From the NCBI GenBank assembly GCA_963842525.1, contig CAWJGT010000034.1, positions 192,001 to 256,000 of the forward strand: 64,000 bases of DNA. The letters are read 5' to 3'. The stretch is from an uncultured Holophagales bacterium. GTDB lineage: Bacteria; Acidobacteriota; Thermoanaerobaculia; Multivoradales; UBA5704. The position numbers were made by a program, and so were the translations under genes. Within the stretch, counting starts at the first letter, position 1. Every line of letters starts with the position of its first letter. Shown here in pieces: positions 39,447 to 59,800 of this stretch. The notes under the pieces are model-generated. The model did no database searches. It was not told where the DNA came from and worked only from the letters and a program-made list of their open reading frames with translations.

Positions 39447-39851
39447 TTACTCCTTCAGCGATGGTGCCGGCGGCTCCGCCGGGGCGGGGCTCGGCTTCAC
39501 CGGTTTGCCATCCACACCGACCAGCTTGAGCCGAGGCTGGCTGCGGAAGGGCTGCTGGCCGAACTCCACCAGCTTCTCCGACCGGGTGCCGTAATGCACC
39601 CGGATCCCGGCATCCACGAAGGTCATCAGCTTCTGCCCCTCGTTGTTGAGCTCAGCGAGACGCTTCGTGACCTCCTGTTTTGCCGCGGTCAGGCTCGCCT
39701 GCTTCGCGGTCAGATCCTTCAGCTCTGTCAGCACCGAGTTGACCTTTTGGCGTGTCACCTCCATCTGGGGCAGCTCCGCACTGTTTGCCTCCAGTGCCTG
39801 GCGTCGCAACTCCAGCTTCTTCTGAGTTACCGCAGTCGGTGAACCTGGCAT
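39447..39851 (-). CDS. Small coiled-coil hypothetical protein (..HYGTRSEKLVEFGQQPFR..)
   Basis: AAGGAGG RBS; long heptad helix followed by the GxRSEKLxEFG motif and a Pro-rich tail. Confidence 0.82.
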   Translation of the reverse strand: MPGSPTAVTQKKLELRRQALEANSAELPQMEVTRQKVNSVLTELKDLTAKQASLTAAKQEVTKRLAELNNEGQKLMTFVDAGIRVHYGTRSEKLVEFGQQPFRSQPRLKLVGVDGKPVKPSPAPAEPPAPSLKE

Positions 39852-39881
39852 CAACTCCTCCTTTGGTGAACGCCGCCCGGC

Positions 39882-40301
39882 CTATCCGAGCTGCGCCGCG
39901 AGATCGAGCACTTCGTCGGTGAGGCCCTTGTCGGACCCCTTCGAGCGCCCGGTGAGGGCGATGATCACGGTCCCGCCGACCTGCGAAACCCGCAGGGGCT
40001 GACCCGCCTGGCGGGCGAGCAGCGACGCGAACGTCAGATACGAGGCCGCCACCAGCGGGTCCGCGAACTGCCGCACCCGGTCGATGGCCTTCCCTTCCGG
40101 CAGCATCTTCCAGCCCTGCATCCGCTTCAGGCGCGTCTGCACCCGCTCGGCCTTCAGCCGCTGCTCCGCCTGGTTCCGCGTCACGGCCAGCGCGGCGCCG
40201 ACGGTGTCGTCCTGACCCGTCACCCGCTTCCTCATCAGAGCCAGCGACTCTTCCTGCACCCGCTCCGCCTTCAGCTCCTGCTCGGCCTGGGTCGTCTCCA
40301 T
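39882..40301 (-). CDS. Pterin-4a-carbinolamine dehydratase (PCD/DCoH)-like protein, catalytic His motif absent
   Basis: LKRMQGWKM...AIDRVRQF...GLTDEVLDLAAQL fits the PCD pattern but lacks HHP; duplicated QAEQxLKAERVQ in the N-terminus. Confidence 0.62.
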   Translation of the reverse strand: METTQAEQELKAERVQEESLALMRKRVTGQDDTVGAALAVTRNQAEQRLKAERVQTRLKRMQGWKMLPEGKAIDRVRQFADPLVAASYLTFASLLARQAGQPLRVSQVGGTVIIALTGRSKGSDKGLTDEVLDLAAQLG

Positions 40302-40361
40302 ACCGTTTCTCCTCTCGGAAGCTCCGGCACCTGGAACGGCGCCGGAAGCGCTCACAGGAGA

Positions 40362-40455
40362 AGGATAGGCCAATAGAAGAGAAGAAGTCAACACCTAATT
40401 TTGGTACATCTTCGCCTGATGTGCGCTTATCTTCGCTTGACTCCGTTTTTGGTGT
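40362..40455. promoter_or_regulatory. Divergent promoter/operator region
   Basis: Minus-strand TTGACT(40391)-N18-TATCCT; direct repeats ATCTTCGCYTGA at 40408 and 40429 (21 bp apart); ACACCTAA/TTTGGTGT imperfect inverted repeat. Confidence 0.5.
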
Positions 40456-40458
40456 AGG

Positions 40459-40857
40459 ATGGCCGGCATGGCACCCAGGCGGAAGGCACCCAAGCGGAAC
40501 TACACGGAAAAGGCCCATGCGCTGGCGGAACGGCTTCGCAGCGCTCTGAAGGCGGAAGTCCGGAGGCGAGACTTCCGCCAACTCGATCTCGAGCAGGCGC
40601 TGGGAAGGAGCCATGGCTACTTTTCCCACCTGTTCGGAGGGAGGCTGGCCCTGACCATGGAGGGTGTCCTCGAGGTCCTGCTGGCGCTCGACGCCGACCC
40701 CGCCGAGTTCTTCACCGCCGCGCTCGGGGCTGAGGAAGAAAGGAAGGGCGGGCCGAGCTCCGAGGAGATCGAGGCGACCGTCCTCCGCGCCTTGAGGCGG
40801 TACGGCTACGCCCCAGGAGGAGAAGCGGACGAAAAGAAGAGGCCAGGGCGGCCCTAG
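40459..40857 (+). CDS. XRE-family HTH regulator
   Basis: RQLDLEQALGRSHGYFSHLFGGRLALTMEGVLEVLLALDADPAEFF; its stop overlaps the convergent TPR gene stop (CTAG). Confidence 0.85.
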   Translation: MAGMAPRRKAPKRNYTEKAHALAERLRSALKAEVRRRDFRQLDLEQALGRSHGYFSHLFGGRLALTMEGVLEVLLALDADPAEFFTAALGAEEERKGGPSSEEIEATVLRALRRYGYAPGGEADEKKRPGRP

Positions 40858-41858
40858 ACTGCCCAGAATTTCCGCTGCGCGTACAGGAGCCGGCTCAGCT
40901 CGCACAGCAGATCGAGGTCGGGCTGCGAAGAAGCCAGGATCCTGTTCAGCAGCCGAACCTCCTGGGAGTCCTCGGGAATGCCGATCTGGGCCAGGATGGG
41001 ACCCACCAGAGCAACTTCCGCCCGCGCCTCGAGCGGGCTTGACGTCAAGAGGTGCCGCGCCAAGTCGAGAGAGATCAGCGCGCCTTCCTGAAGCATCTTC
41101 TCCGCGGCGCAGCGTTCCCTGACCTCGACAAACGCGGCACGCGCCGACTCTTCGCCGAGCGCACCGGCGATCCGCGCGAGAATCCACTCCACCCTGACCT
41201 TGGCACGAATTGCCCCTTGTGCAAGGAAAGAGCGAGAATGCTGCAAGACCCGAAGGGCCTCCGCCGGGCGGCCCGAGTTGGCCAGGTAAAGCGCCAGGTT
41301 CTGGAGCGCTGATCGCAAAAGCTCCTCGCCCTTGGCTGAAGATGAGTGGTCTGCGAGTGTTTCGACGGCGCCCAGCGCGACCCTCCAAGCATCATCCGGT
41401 CTTTCAGACTGGTCGAGGATCATGGCGTTCAGCAGCAAGATCGACGAGTGGGCAAGAGGGTCTGCCTGCTTACACTGAAGGGCGGCAGCTTGAGAGAGAG
41501 CTTCGGAAGCTCTCTCTAGCCTGTGCAGGTCGTACAGGAGTGAAGCCTTGAACTCGAAAAGGCGGGGCTCCACTGTGCAGAGAGCCAGTGCCCTGTTCAG
41601 ATGAGCCTCGGCGCTCGTGAATTCTCCCATGACCCTGTGGGCGTTGCCCGCGTATCCATAAAGCCGAGCCGCCGTGTGCGCGTCGGTTTCCGGAGGAAGA
41701 CCGACCAGGGCGGCATCGCACCAGGCCCGCATCGCGGCAGGATCACGGTACCGCAGGGCAAACCCGTGCTCAGCCAGAGAGAGGCGTTCCCCCGCCGTCC
41801 CCGGCTGGTTGCGAAAGTAGAGAGCTGCAGCTTCAGGGTCTCGGAAGCGCAATTTCAT
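40854..41858 (-). CDS. TPR-repeat protein
   Basis: YAGNAHRVMGEFTSAEAHLNRAL, KASLLYDLHRLERASEAL, NLALYLANSGRPAEAL, WILARIAGALGE; no enzymatic or HTH domain evident. Confidence 0.82.
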   Translation of the reverse strand: MKLRFRDPEAAALYFRNQPGTAGERLSLAEHGFALRYRDPAAMRAWCDAALVGLPPETDAHTAARLYGYAGNAHRVMGEFTSAEAHLNRALALCTVEPRLFEFKASLLYDLHRLERASEALSQAAALQCKQADPLAHSSILLLNAMILDQSERPDDAWRVALGAVETLADHSSSAKGEELLRSALQNLALYLANSGRPAEALRVLQHSRSFLAQGAIRAKVRVEWILARIAGALGEESARAAFVEVRERCAAEKMLQEGALISLDLARHLLTSSPLEARAEVALVGPILAQIGIPEDSQEVRLLNRILASSQPDLDLLCELSRLLYAQRKFWAV

Positions 41859-41926
41859 CCCCTCTTAACTTCGGAAAGCAGCGAGCGGGATGATAACGCG
41901 ACGACGCTGCAAGGGGAAGCTTCGGC

Positions 41927-42223
41927 TTACGCCCCGCCTGGGCACCCATTGGGGTCAAGTGAGCATCGACCATCGCCCAATGACTCGGGCGCGGGCTGGG
42001 CCGGTGCCGGCGCCCCGTGCGGGCACCCGTCGGGGTCGATGGTGCAGCGACCATCGACATGCAAGTTGAACCAGGCGGCGACGTCACCCCAGATGCTGGC
42101 GAGCCAATCGAACGCCGAAGCCTGATCAGCGCTACGGATCTCTCTTTCCTGGGCGGCAACGGCCACCGGCATGCACGCCAGCAAAATCGCGACCGCACTC
42201 GCGGTCAGTACTTTCCGGAACAT
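41927..42223 (-). CDS. Secreted precursor-like peptide with two DGRCxxDPxGCP cores
   Basis: GAGGAGG RBS; signal MFRKVLTASAVAILLACMPVAVAA; Trp-rich helix FDWLASIWGDVAAWF; DGRCTIDPDGCP and DGRCSLDPNGCP. Confidence 0.82.
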   Translation of the reverse strand: MFRKVLTASAVAILLACMPVAVAAQEREIRSADQASAFDWLASIWGDVAAWFNLHVDGRCTIDPDGCPHGAPAPAQPAPESLGDGRCSLDPNGCPGGA

Positions 42224-42396
42224 CTGAAACCTCCTCGAAGACGTAGCCAGCGCCGCCAGCATGGCGGGCGGGCGATACCGCGGATGTCGGAACTCGGGTA
42301 AAGGAACGTCTGCGGGAGAAATTCTACACCCTGTCCTGTGCCCTGGGTCAACCCCCCGGGCCGCCGGCGCAACGCTCCGAAAAAGTTGGGGGGCCC

Positions 42397-42812
42397 TCAG
42401 GACGGTTTGGGCAGCCGTTCCAGCCGGGTCCTGTAGACGGGATTGCGCTCGAAGATCAGCTCGAGGTCGTGGCTCCCGATCCGGAGGTGGTCCACGGTGA
42501 TGACCGCCGCGCCCAGCCAGGCGCCGCCGTGCTCGCCGCAGACCCAGCGGTCGATCCGGTGCCCCGCTTGAGCGTAGGGAAGACCGGAGCGAGCCGGTCG
42601 AACATCTCCTCGGACAGGAGGGCCGGGAACCCCGATCCGGACTGGTACCGCGGATCGACGATGATCGGGCACATCTGGCAGCGCAGGTTGCAGCGCGCCG
42701 CCACCTCGATGTAGGCCTCCAGCGGCCGCGCGGACAGCGTCGCCTGCCCCGCCGCGTACTCGCGGTCGAGCTGCAGGATGTTGGTCCACCGGGCCGGGTC
42801 CATCTGGTGCAT
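42397..42812 (-). pseudogene. Internally deleted radical-SAM gene remnant, copy 2
   Basis: MHQMDPARW...YIEVAARCNLRCQMC (CxxxCxxC)...FDRLAPVFPTLKR joined out of frame to the C-terminal IDRWVCGEHGG...RLERLPKPS. Confidence 0.82.
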
Positions 42813-42877
42813 GAAATCCTTCTACGCCTGCGGAGGGGGAGGCGTCCAGCGGCGTCTATCCTACCCGGTCGGTCCGC

Positions 42878-44140
42878 TCAGGGCGAATCCAGCACGGTCT
42901 GCACGTCGTCCCCCACGACGTCCTCGACGTAGAGGAGCTTGACCGCGACCATGACCGCGGCGAGGAAGGGAACGGCGACCAGCATGCCGAGGAAGCCGAA
43001 GACGACTCCCATGAGGGCCAGGCCGAGCAGGGTCAGAACAGGCGGCAGGTCGAGCCCCTCGTTCATCAGCAGGGGGATCAGGACGTGGTTCTCCAGGAAC
43101 TGGATCGCGATGTAGGCGAGGGCCACCAGGAGGGCCTTCTGGGGCGAATCGAGCAGCCCCATCGCCACCGCGGGGATGGCGGAGAGCAGCGGACCCACCA
43201 TGGGCACGAACTCCAGCAGGCCGGCGAGGATGCCGAGCGCAAAGGCTGCCTTGACTCCGATCAGCTTCAGGGCGATGGTGGTCACGACACCGATCACCAC
43301 CATGGCGATGAGCTGGGTGACCAGCCAGCGGCGCAGGGTGATGCCGATGGCGGTCAGCACCTCGGCCGCGCGGGGCCGCGCGCGGTGCGGGACCAGGTGC
43401 AGCAGGCCCCGGTAGTAGAGCTGCGGATTGGACGCGATGTAGATGGTCAGGAAGATGATCAGGATCACCCCGGTGACCACCGCCACGGTCGACGACAGGA
43501 ACGAGAACAGATAGCGAGTGACCGCTCCCAACTGGCCGGAGAGGGTCTCGGGCAGATTCGAGAGCTGGCCCGACGGCTGTGCTCCCTGGTCCGCGGGAGG
43601 CTCCTCCCCGGCCGCAGGACCGCCAGGCCCCGGGGCTGCGGACTGGCGCTGCGCAGGCGAAGCCGGAGCCTGCTGCGGGCCGGCCGGTTGGCCGGAATCG
43701 AGGGGCAGCATGCGACCCAGGAAGCCGTCCTGGTGACGGTACATCCAGGCCTCCACCTTGCCGATCGCCTGGGGCACGGCCGTGCGCAGCTCCCTGAGCT
43801 GTGCGCCGAACGTCGGTCCCGCCCAGGCGCCCAGGCCGACGAGGAGCCCCAGAAACGCCAGGACGATCAGCGTCGCTCCGATCCCGCGCCGGATCCGCCA
43901 CCGTTCCAGGTATTCCGCCCCGCGCGCCACGGGCAGCGCGAAGAGCACGCCGAGGAACGAAAGGAAGAGCAAGGGATAGACGAGCCAGAGCAGCCGGGCC
44001 GTGAGATAGACCGCCAACACCAGCGCCGCGGCGCGCAGCACGTCGGCGCTCCGCCACCCCGACATCCGAGCAAGCGCCTGCGCGCTCCGCGGGGGCGCCG
44101 CGGGCGTACGTGCCTGGGGCACACCGAGATCGATCGCCAT
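42878..44140 (-). CDS. AI-2E family transporter
   Basis: LRRWLVTQL, GLLEFVPMVGP, IQFLENHVLIPL, FGFLGMLVAVP. Confidence 0.92.
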   Translation of the reverse strand: MAIDLGVPQARTPAAPPRSAQALARMSGWRSADVLRAAALVLAVYLTARLLWLVYPLLFLSFLGVLFALPVARGAEYLERWRIRRGIGATLIVLAFLGLLVGLGAWAGPTFGAQLRELRTAVPQAIGKVEAWMYRHQDGFLGRMLPLDSGQPAGPQQAPASPAQRQSAAPGPGGPAAGEEPPADQGAQPSGQLSNLPETLSGQLGAVTRYLFSFLSSTVAVVTGVILIIFLTIYIASNPQLYYRGLLHLVPHRARPRAAEVLTAIGITLRRWLVTQLIAMVVIGVVTTIALKLIGVKAAFALGILAGLLEFVPMVGPLLSAIPAVAMGLLDSPQKALLVALAYIAIQFLENHVLIPLLMNEGLDLPPVLTLLGLALMGVVFGFLGMLVAVPFLAAVMVAVKLLYVEDVVGDDVQTVLDSP

Positions 44141-44356
44141 ACCGTTCTGACAAGCAAAGGAGATGCCGGCGGTTCCGCGCCTGCCACCACCGCGCCGGCG
44201 CGAACGCAGTCGGGATCTGCCGGGGAAGGGTGGCCAGGGGCGGTTGTCACGAATCCCCTGCTCTCTGCACTAGAGGTATTGAGGCCATGGCGGGCTCGTG
44301 AAGCCGCAGCGACGGCGCTCGGCGCGGGACTTGATTCGGTTCGAGGGGCTTTAGCG

Positions 44357-45169
44357 ATGTTGCAAGATAACGAAGTCGAGATCTACCATCGAGACGGATT
44401 CCTATTCGTCCCGGCCTGTTTCTCCGAGGCCGAGGTGAATGTCTTGCGGGCGGCACGCGATGCGGAGCTGGCCCAGGAGTCGGAACGCCGCGTCAACGAG
44501 AAGAACGGCAAGGCCGTGCGTTCCGTGTATGGCTCTCACAGGACCAACGAGGTGTTCGATCGCCTGGCGCGGCACCCGCGCCTGCTCAACCCCGCGCGCC
44601 AGATCCTGGGGAGCGAGGTCTATGTCTACCAGTTCAAGATCAACGCCAAGGTCGGTTTGGAAGGAGATGTCTGGCAGTGGCACCAGGATTATGTGTTCTG
44701 GCTCCGCGAGGACGGCCTTCCCGCTCCGCAGCTCGTCAATGTGGTCGTCTATCTGGACGAGGTCAACGAGTTCAACGGCCCGATGATCCTGATCCCGGGA
44801 TCCCAGGGAGGGGACGTCATCGAGGTCGATCCGTTGCAGGACAAGCCCGCTCCCTATGCGGACAAGCCCGACTGGATCTCGAATCTCACGGCCGACCTCA
44901 AGTATTCGATTGACAAGGAGACTTTAGCCCGGCTGCTCCGCCAGCGCAGCATGGTGGCTCCCAAGGGGCCTGCCGGATCTGTCCTGCTCTTCCATCCCAA
45001 CCTGGTGCATGGATCGGCCCAGAACATGTCCCCCTTCGACCGGACGATCGCGATCGTCAGCTACAGCCGTGTGGACAACATCCCCCAGCGGGAGGTCCGG
45101 CCGGAGTTCCTGGTGAGCCGCGACCACCGGCCGCTCGAGCCGGTGCCCGATAACGCGCTGACCGCCTGA
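44357..45169 (+). CDS. Fe(II)/2-oxoglutarate dioxygenase, PhyH/EctD-like hydroxylase
   Basis: YHRDGFL, YQFKINAK, WQWHQDY (HxD), NGPMILIPGS, LVHGS..NMSPFDR. Start taken at MLQDNE (44357). Confidence 0.88.
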   Translation: MLQDNEVEIYHRDGFLFVPACFSEAEVNVLRAARDAELAQESERRVNEKNGKAVRSVYGSHRTNEVFDRLARHPRLLNPARQILGSEVYVYQFKINAKVGLEGDVWQWHQDYVFWLREDGLPAPQLVNVVVYLDEVNEFNGPMILIPGSQGGDVIEVDPLQDKPAPYADKPDWISNLTADLKYSIDKETLARLLRQRSMVAPKGPAGSVLLFHPNLVHGSAQNMSPFDRTIAIVSYSRVDNIPQREVRPEFLVSRDHRPLEPVPDNALTA

Positions 45170-45340
45170 GAGAGCGCCGCGGATTTCCAATCCGCAGCCT
45201 CCTGTCCCGAATCCCCCGCCCCCCTGCACCAGAGGGTTTGGTATCATGACGGGTTACTGAGGCTCCTGGAATGAGGAGATGAGAAGAGGAAAAGCGTTAT
45301 CCAGTTGAGGAGCAAATGCGAGTGATCGGCGAGGTGCTAT

Positions 45341-56883
<11,543 letters not shown>

Positions 56884-56891
<8 letters not shown>

Positions 56892-59800
56892 CGAGAGCGC
56901 GCGCGTCACCTCCTTGCCCACCGACAAGCTGCGCCGGCTCATGGCGCGGCTTTCCGAGCGGCAGGGGACGGCGGCGGGGATCCCCCGCGTGCTGCGCGAC
57001 AGCCCGCTGCCGCTGTCCTTCGCCCAGGAGCGCCTCTGGTTCCTGGACCGGCTCGGAGGCGGAGGCGCCGCCTATCACATCCCCGCCGCCGTGCGCCTGC
57101 GCGGGCCGCTCGATGCTATCGCTCTGGAGACGACCCTCGGCGCGCTGATCCGGCGCCACGAGGCGCTGCGCACCACCTTCGGCGAGCAGGACGGCCGCCC
57201 CGTCCAGACTGTGCACGCGGAGGCGCACCTGGAGATGCCGCGGGTCGATCTCGCAGCGCTGCCCGAGGCTCTGCGCGAGAGCGAGTGGGCGCGGATCTCC
57301 CGGGAGGAAGCGGGCCGGCCGTTCGATCTGGCGCGCGGGCCGCTGCTGCGCACCGTGCTCGTCCGGACCGGCACCCTTGACCACGTGCTCGTCCTGGCTT
57401 TCCATCACATCATCACCGACGGCTGGTCGCTCGGGGTGCTCCTGCGCGAAGTGGCCGCTCTCTACCCGGAGCTCACCCGGGGGGCTCCGGCGGTCCTGCC
57501 CGAGCTGCCGGTCCAGCCCGCGGACTACGCGGTCTGGGAGCGGGAAAGGATGCGCGGCGAGGCGCTCGAGAGCCAGATTTCCTTCTGGCGCGAACGCCTG
57601 GCCGGCCTGCCGCCGCTGGAGCTGCCGGCGGACCGGCCACGGCCCGCATCCCCGAGCTTCCGGGGGGGGCTGGCGACCCTCGACCTTCCCGGCGAGACGG
57701 CCCGCGCCCTCGAAGCCCTGGCCTGGCGCGAGAGCGCCACGCCGTTCATGGTCCTGCTGGCGCTGTTCCAGGCCCTGCTGCTGCGCTACACAGGCGGCCA
57801 GAGCGACTTCGGCGTTGGCACGCCGGTGGCCAACCGGACCCGCAGCGAGGTCGAAGGGCTGATCGGCCTGTTCGTCAACACTCTCGTGCTGCGGGCGGAT
57901 CTGTCGGGGCAGCCGGGCTTCGCCGAGCTGGCGCGCCGCGCCCGCGAGGTCACCCTGGCGGCCTTCGCCCACGAGGAGCTCCCTTTCGAGAAGCTGGTCG
58001 AGGAGCTGCGGCCGGAGCGCGAGCCGGGCCGCAATCCGCTGTTCCAGGTGCTGTTCACCCTGCAGGACCAATCCTGGCCGAAGCTGCGCATCGGCGAGCT
58101 CGACCTGAAGCTCTCCGAGATCGACACCGGCACGGCGCGCGCGGATCTCACGCTGATCTGGCGCGAGCGGGAGGGGTCCTACCAGGCGGTCCTGGAGTAC
58201 AGCACCGACCTCTTCGACGATGTCACCGCCAGGCGCCTGCTGCGCTGGACCACGCTGCTGCTCGGCGCCGCGGTCGAGGAACCGGCGGTGTGCGTGCGGG
58301 AGCTCCCCCTGCTCGACGCCGCCGAGCGTGCCGCCCTCCTGGAGGGGGGCCGCGGCCTGCGGACTTCCTACCCGAGGGAAGCAACGATCCACAGTCTGGT
58401 CGGAGAGCAGGTGCGGCGCAACCCCACGGCGATCGCGGTGGAGATGGGTGACGAGCGGTTGACCTACGCCGGGCTCGCGGCCCGTGCCCACCGCCTCGCC
58501 CACCGCCTCCTCTCCCTCGGCGTCCGTCCGGACGATCGCGTCGGCCTCGCCGTGGAGCGCTCGGCAGACCTCGTCGTCGGTATGCTCGGCATCCTTGCGG
58601 CCGGGGGCGCCTACGTGCCGCTCGATCTCTCCTACCCCCAGGAGCGCCTGGACTGGATGGTCGACGACGCCGGGATCACGGCGCTCGTCCACCACGGCGG
58701 CTGGCAGGGCTCCCCGGCGGTTCCGCTGGTGAGCCTCGAAGATGCCACTCTCGCGGGGGAGAGCGCGGAAGCCCCCACAGCGGACGTCACGGCCGATCAC
58801 CTGGCCTACGTCATCTACACCTCTGGATCGACCGGCCGTCCCAAAGGTGTGGCCGTGCCCCACCGCTCCGTGGTCCGGCTGCTGATCGAGACCGACTACG
58901 TGCGCCTGGAGCCGTCCGACCGGGTGGCGCAGGTATCCAACCCTGCCTTCGACGCCGCGACGTTCGAGGTCTGGGGAGCCCTGTTCGCAGGCGCACGGCT
59001 GGTGGGCGTGCCGCGTGAGGAGGCGCTCTCCCCGGAAGCTCTGGTCCGGCGCCTGGCCAGCGACGGCATCACCGCTCTCTTCCTCACCACTGCGCTGTTC
59101 AACCAGGTGGCACACCATGCCCCCTGCGCGTTCGGAAGCCTGCGCCACATGCTCTTCGGCGGCGAGGCGGTCGATCCGGGCGCGGTGCAGCAGGTCCTCG
59201 CGCAGGGCCGGCCCGAGCGCCTTCTCCACGTCTACGGGCCTACGGAGACGACGACCTTCGCAACGTGGCATGAGGTGCAGGAGCTGCCCGCCCAGGCGGT
59301 CACCGTACCGATCGGACGGCCGCTCGCCAACTCGACAGCCTGGGTGGTCGATCCGGCCTTCGGGCTGGCGCCTGCGGGGGTGCCGGGCGAGCTGATGCTG
59401 GGCGGCGACGGCCTCGCCCGCGGCTATCAGGAGCGCGCGGAGCTCACGGCCGAGCGCTTCGTGCCGCACCCCTGGAGCGACCGGCCCGGCGACCGGCTGT
59501 ACCGCACCGGCGACCTGGTGCGCCTGCTGGAAGGGAGCAGCGCCATCGAGTTCCTGGGGCGGATCGATCAACAGGTGAAGATCCGCGGCTTCCGGATCGA
59601 GCCGGGGGAGGTCGAGGCGGCGCTCGGGACCCACCCGGACGTGGCCGCGTGCGCCGTGGTGGTCCTCGGCAGCTCCGGCGAGGACCGCCGGCTCGCCGCC
59701 TGGCTCGCGCCGCGCGAGGGTGCGGCCCCGGAGCCGGCCGCGCTACGCTCCTGGCTCGCCGCCCGGCTGCCGGCGTACATGGTGCCCGCCGCGTTCGGCA

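Noticed and set aside
41927-42812. Intact radical-SAM RiPP cluster (peptide plus radical SAM)
   Set aside because: The radical SAM gene is missing most of its core in both copies, so it cannot be a functional maturase at this locus.
43085-44356. N-terminal extension of the dioxygenase (694-aa ORF)
   Set aside because: The extension is antisense to the AI-2E gene; homology begins at about 44357.
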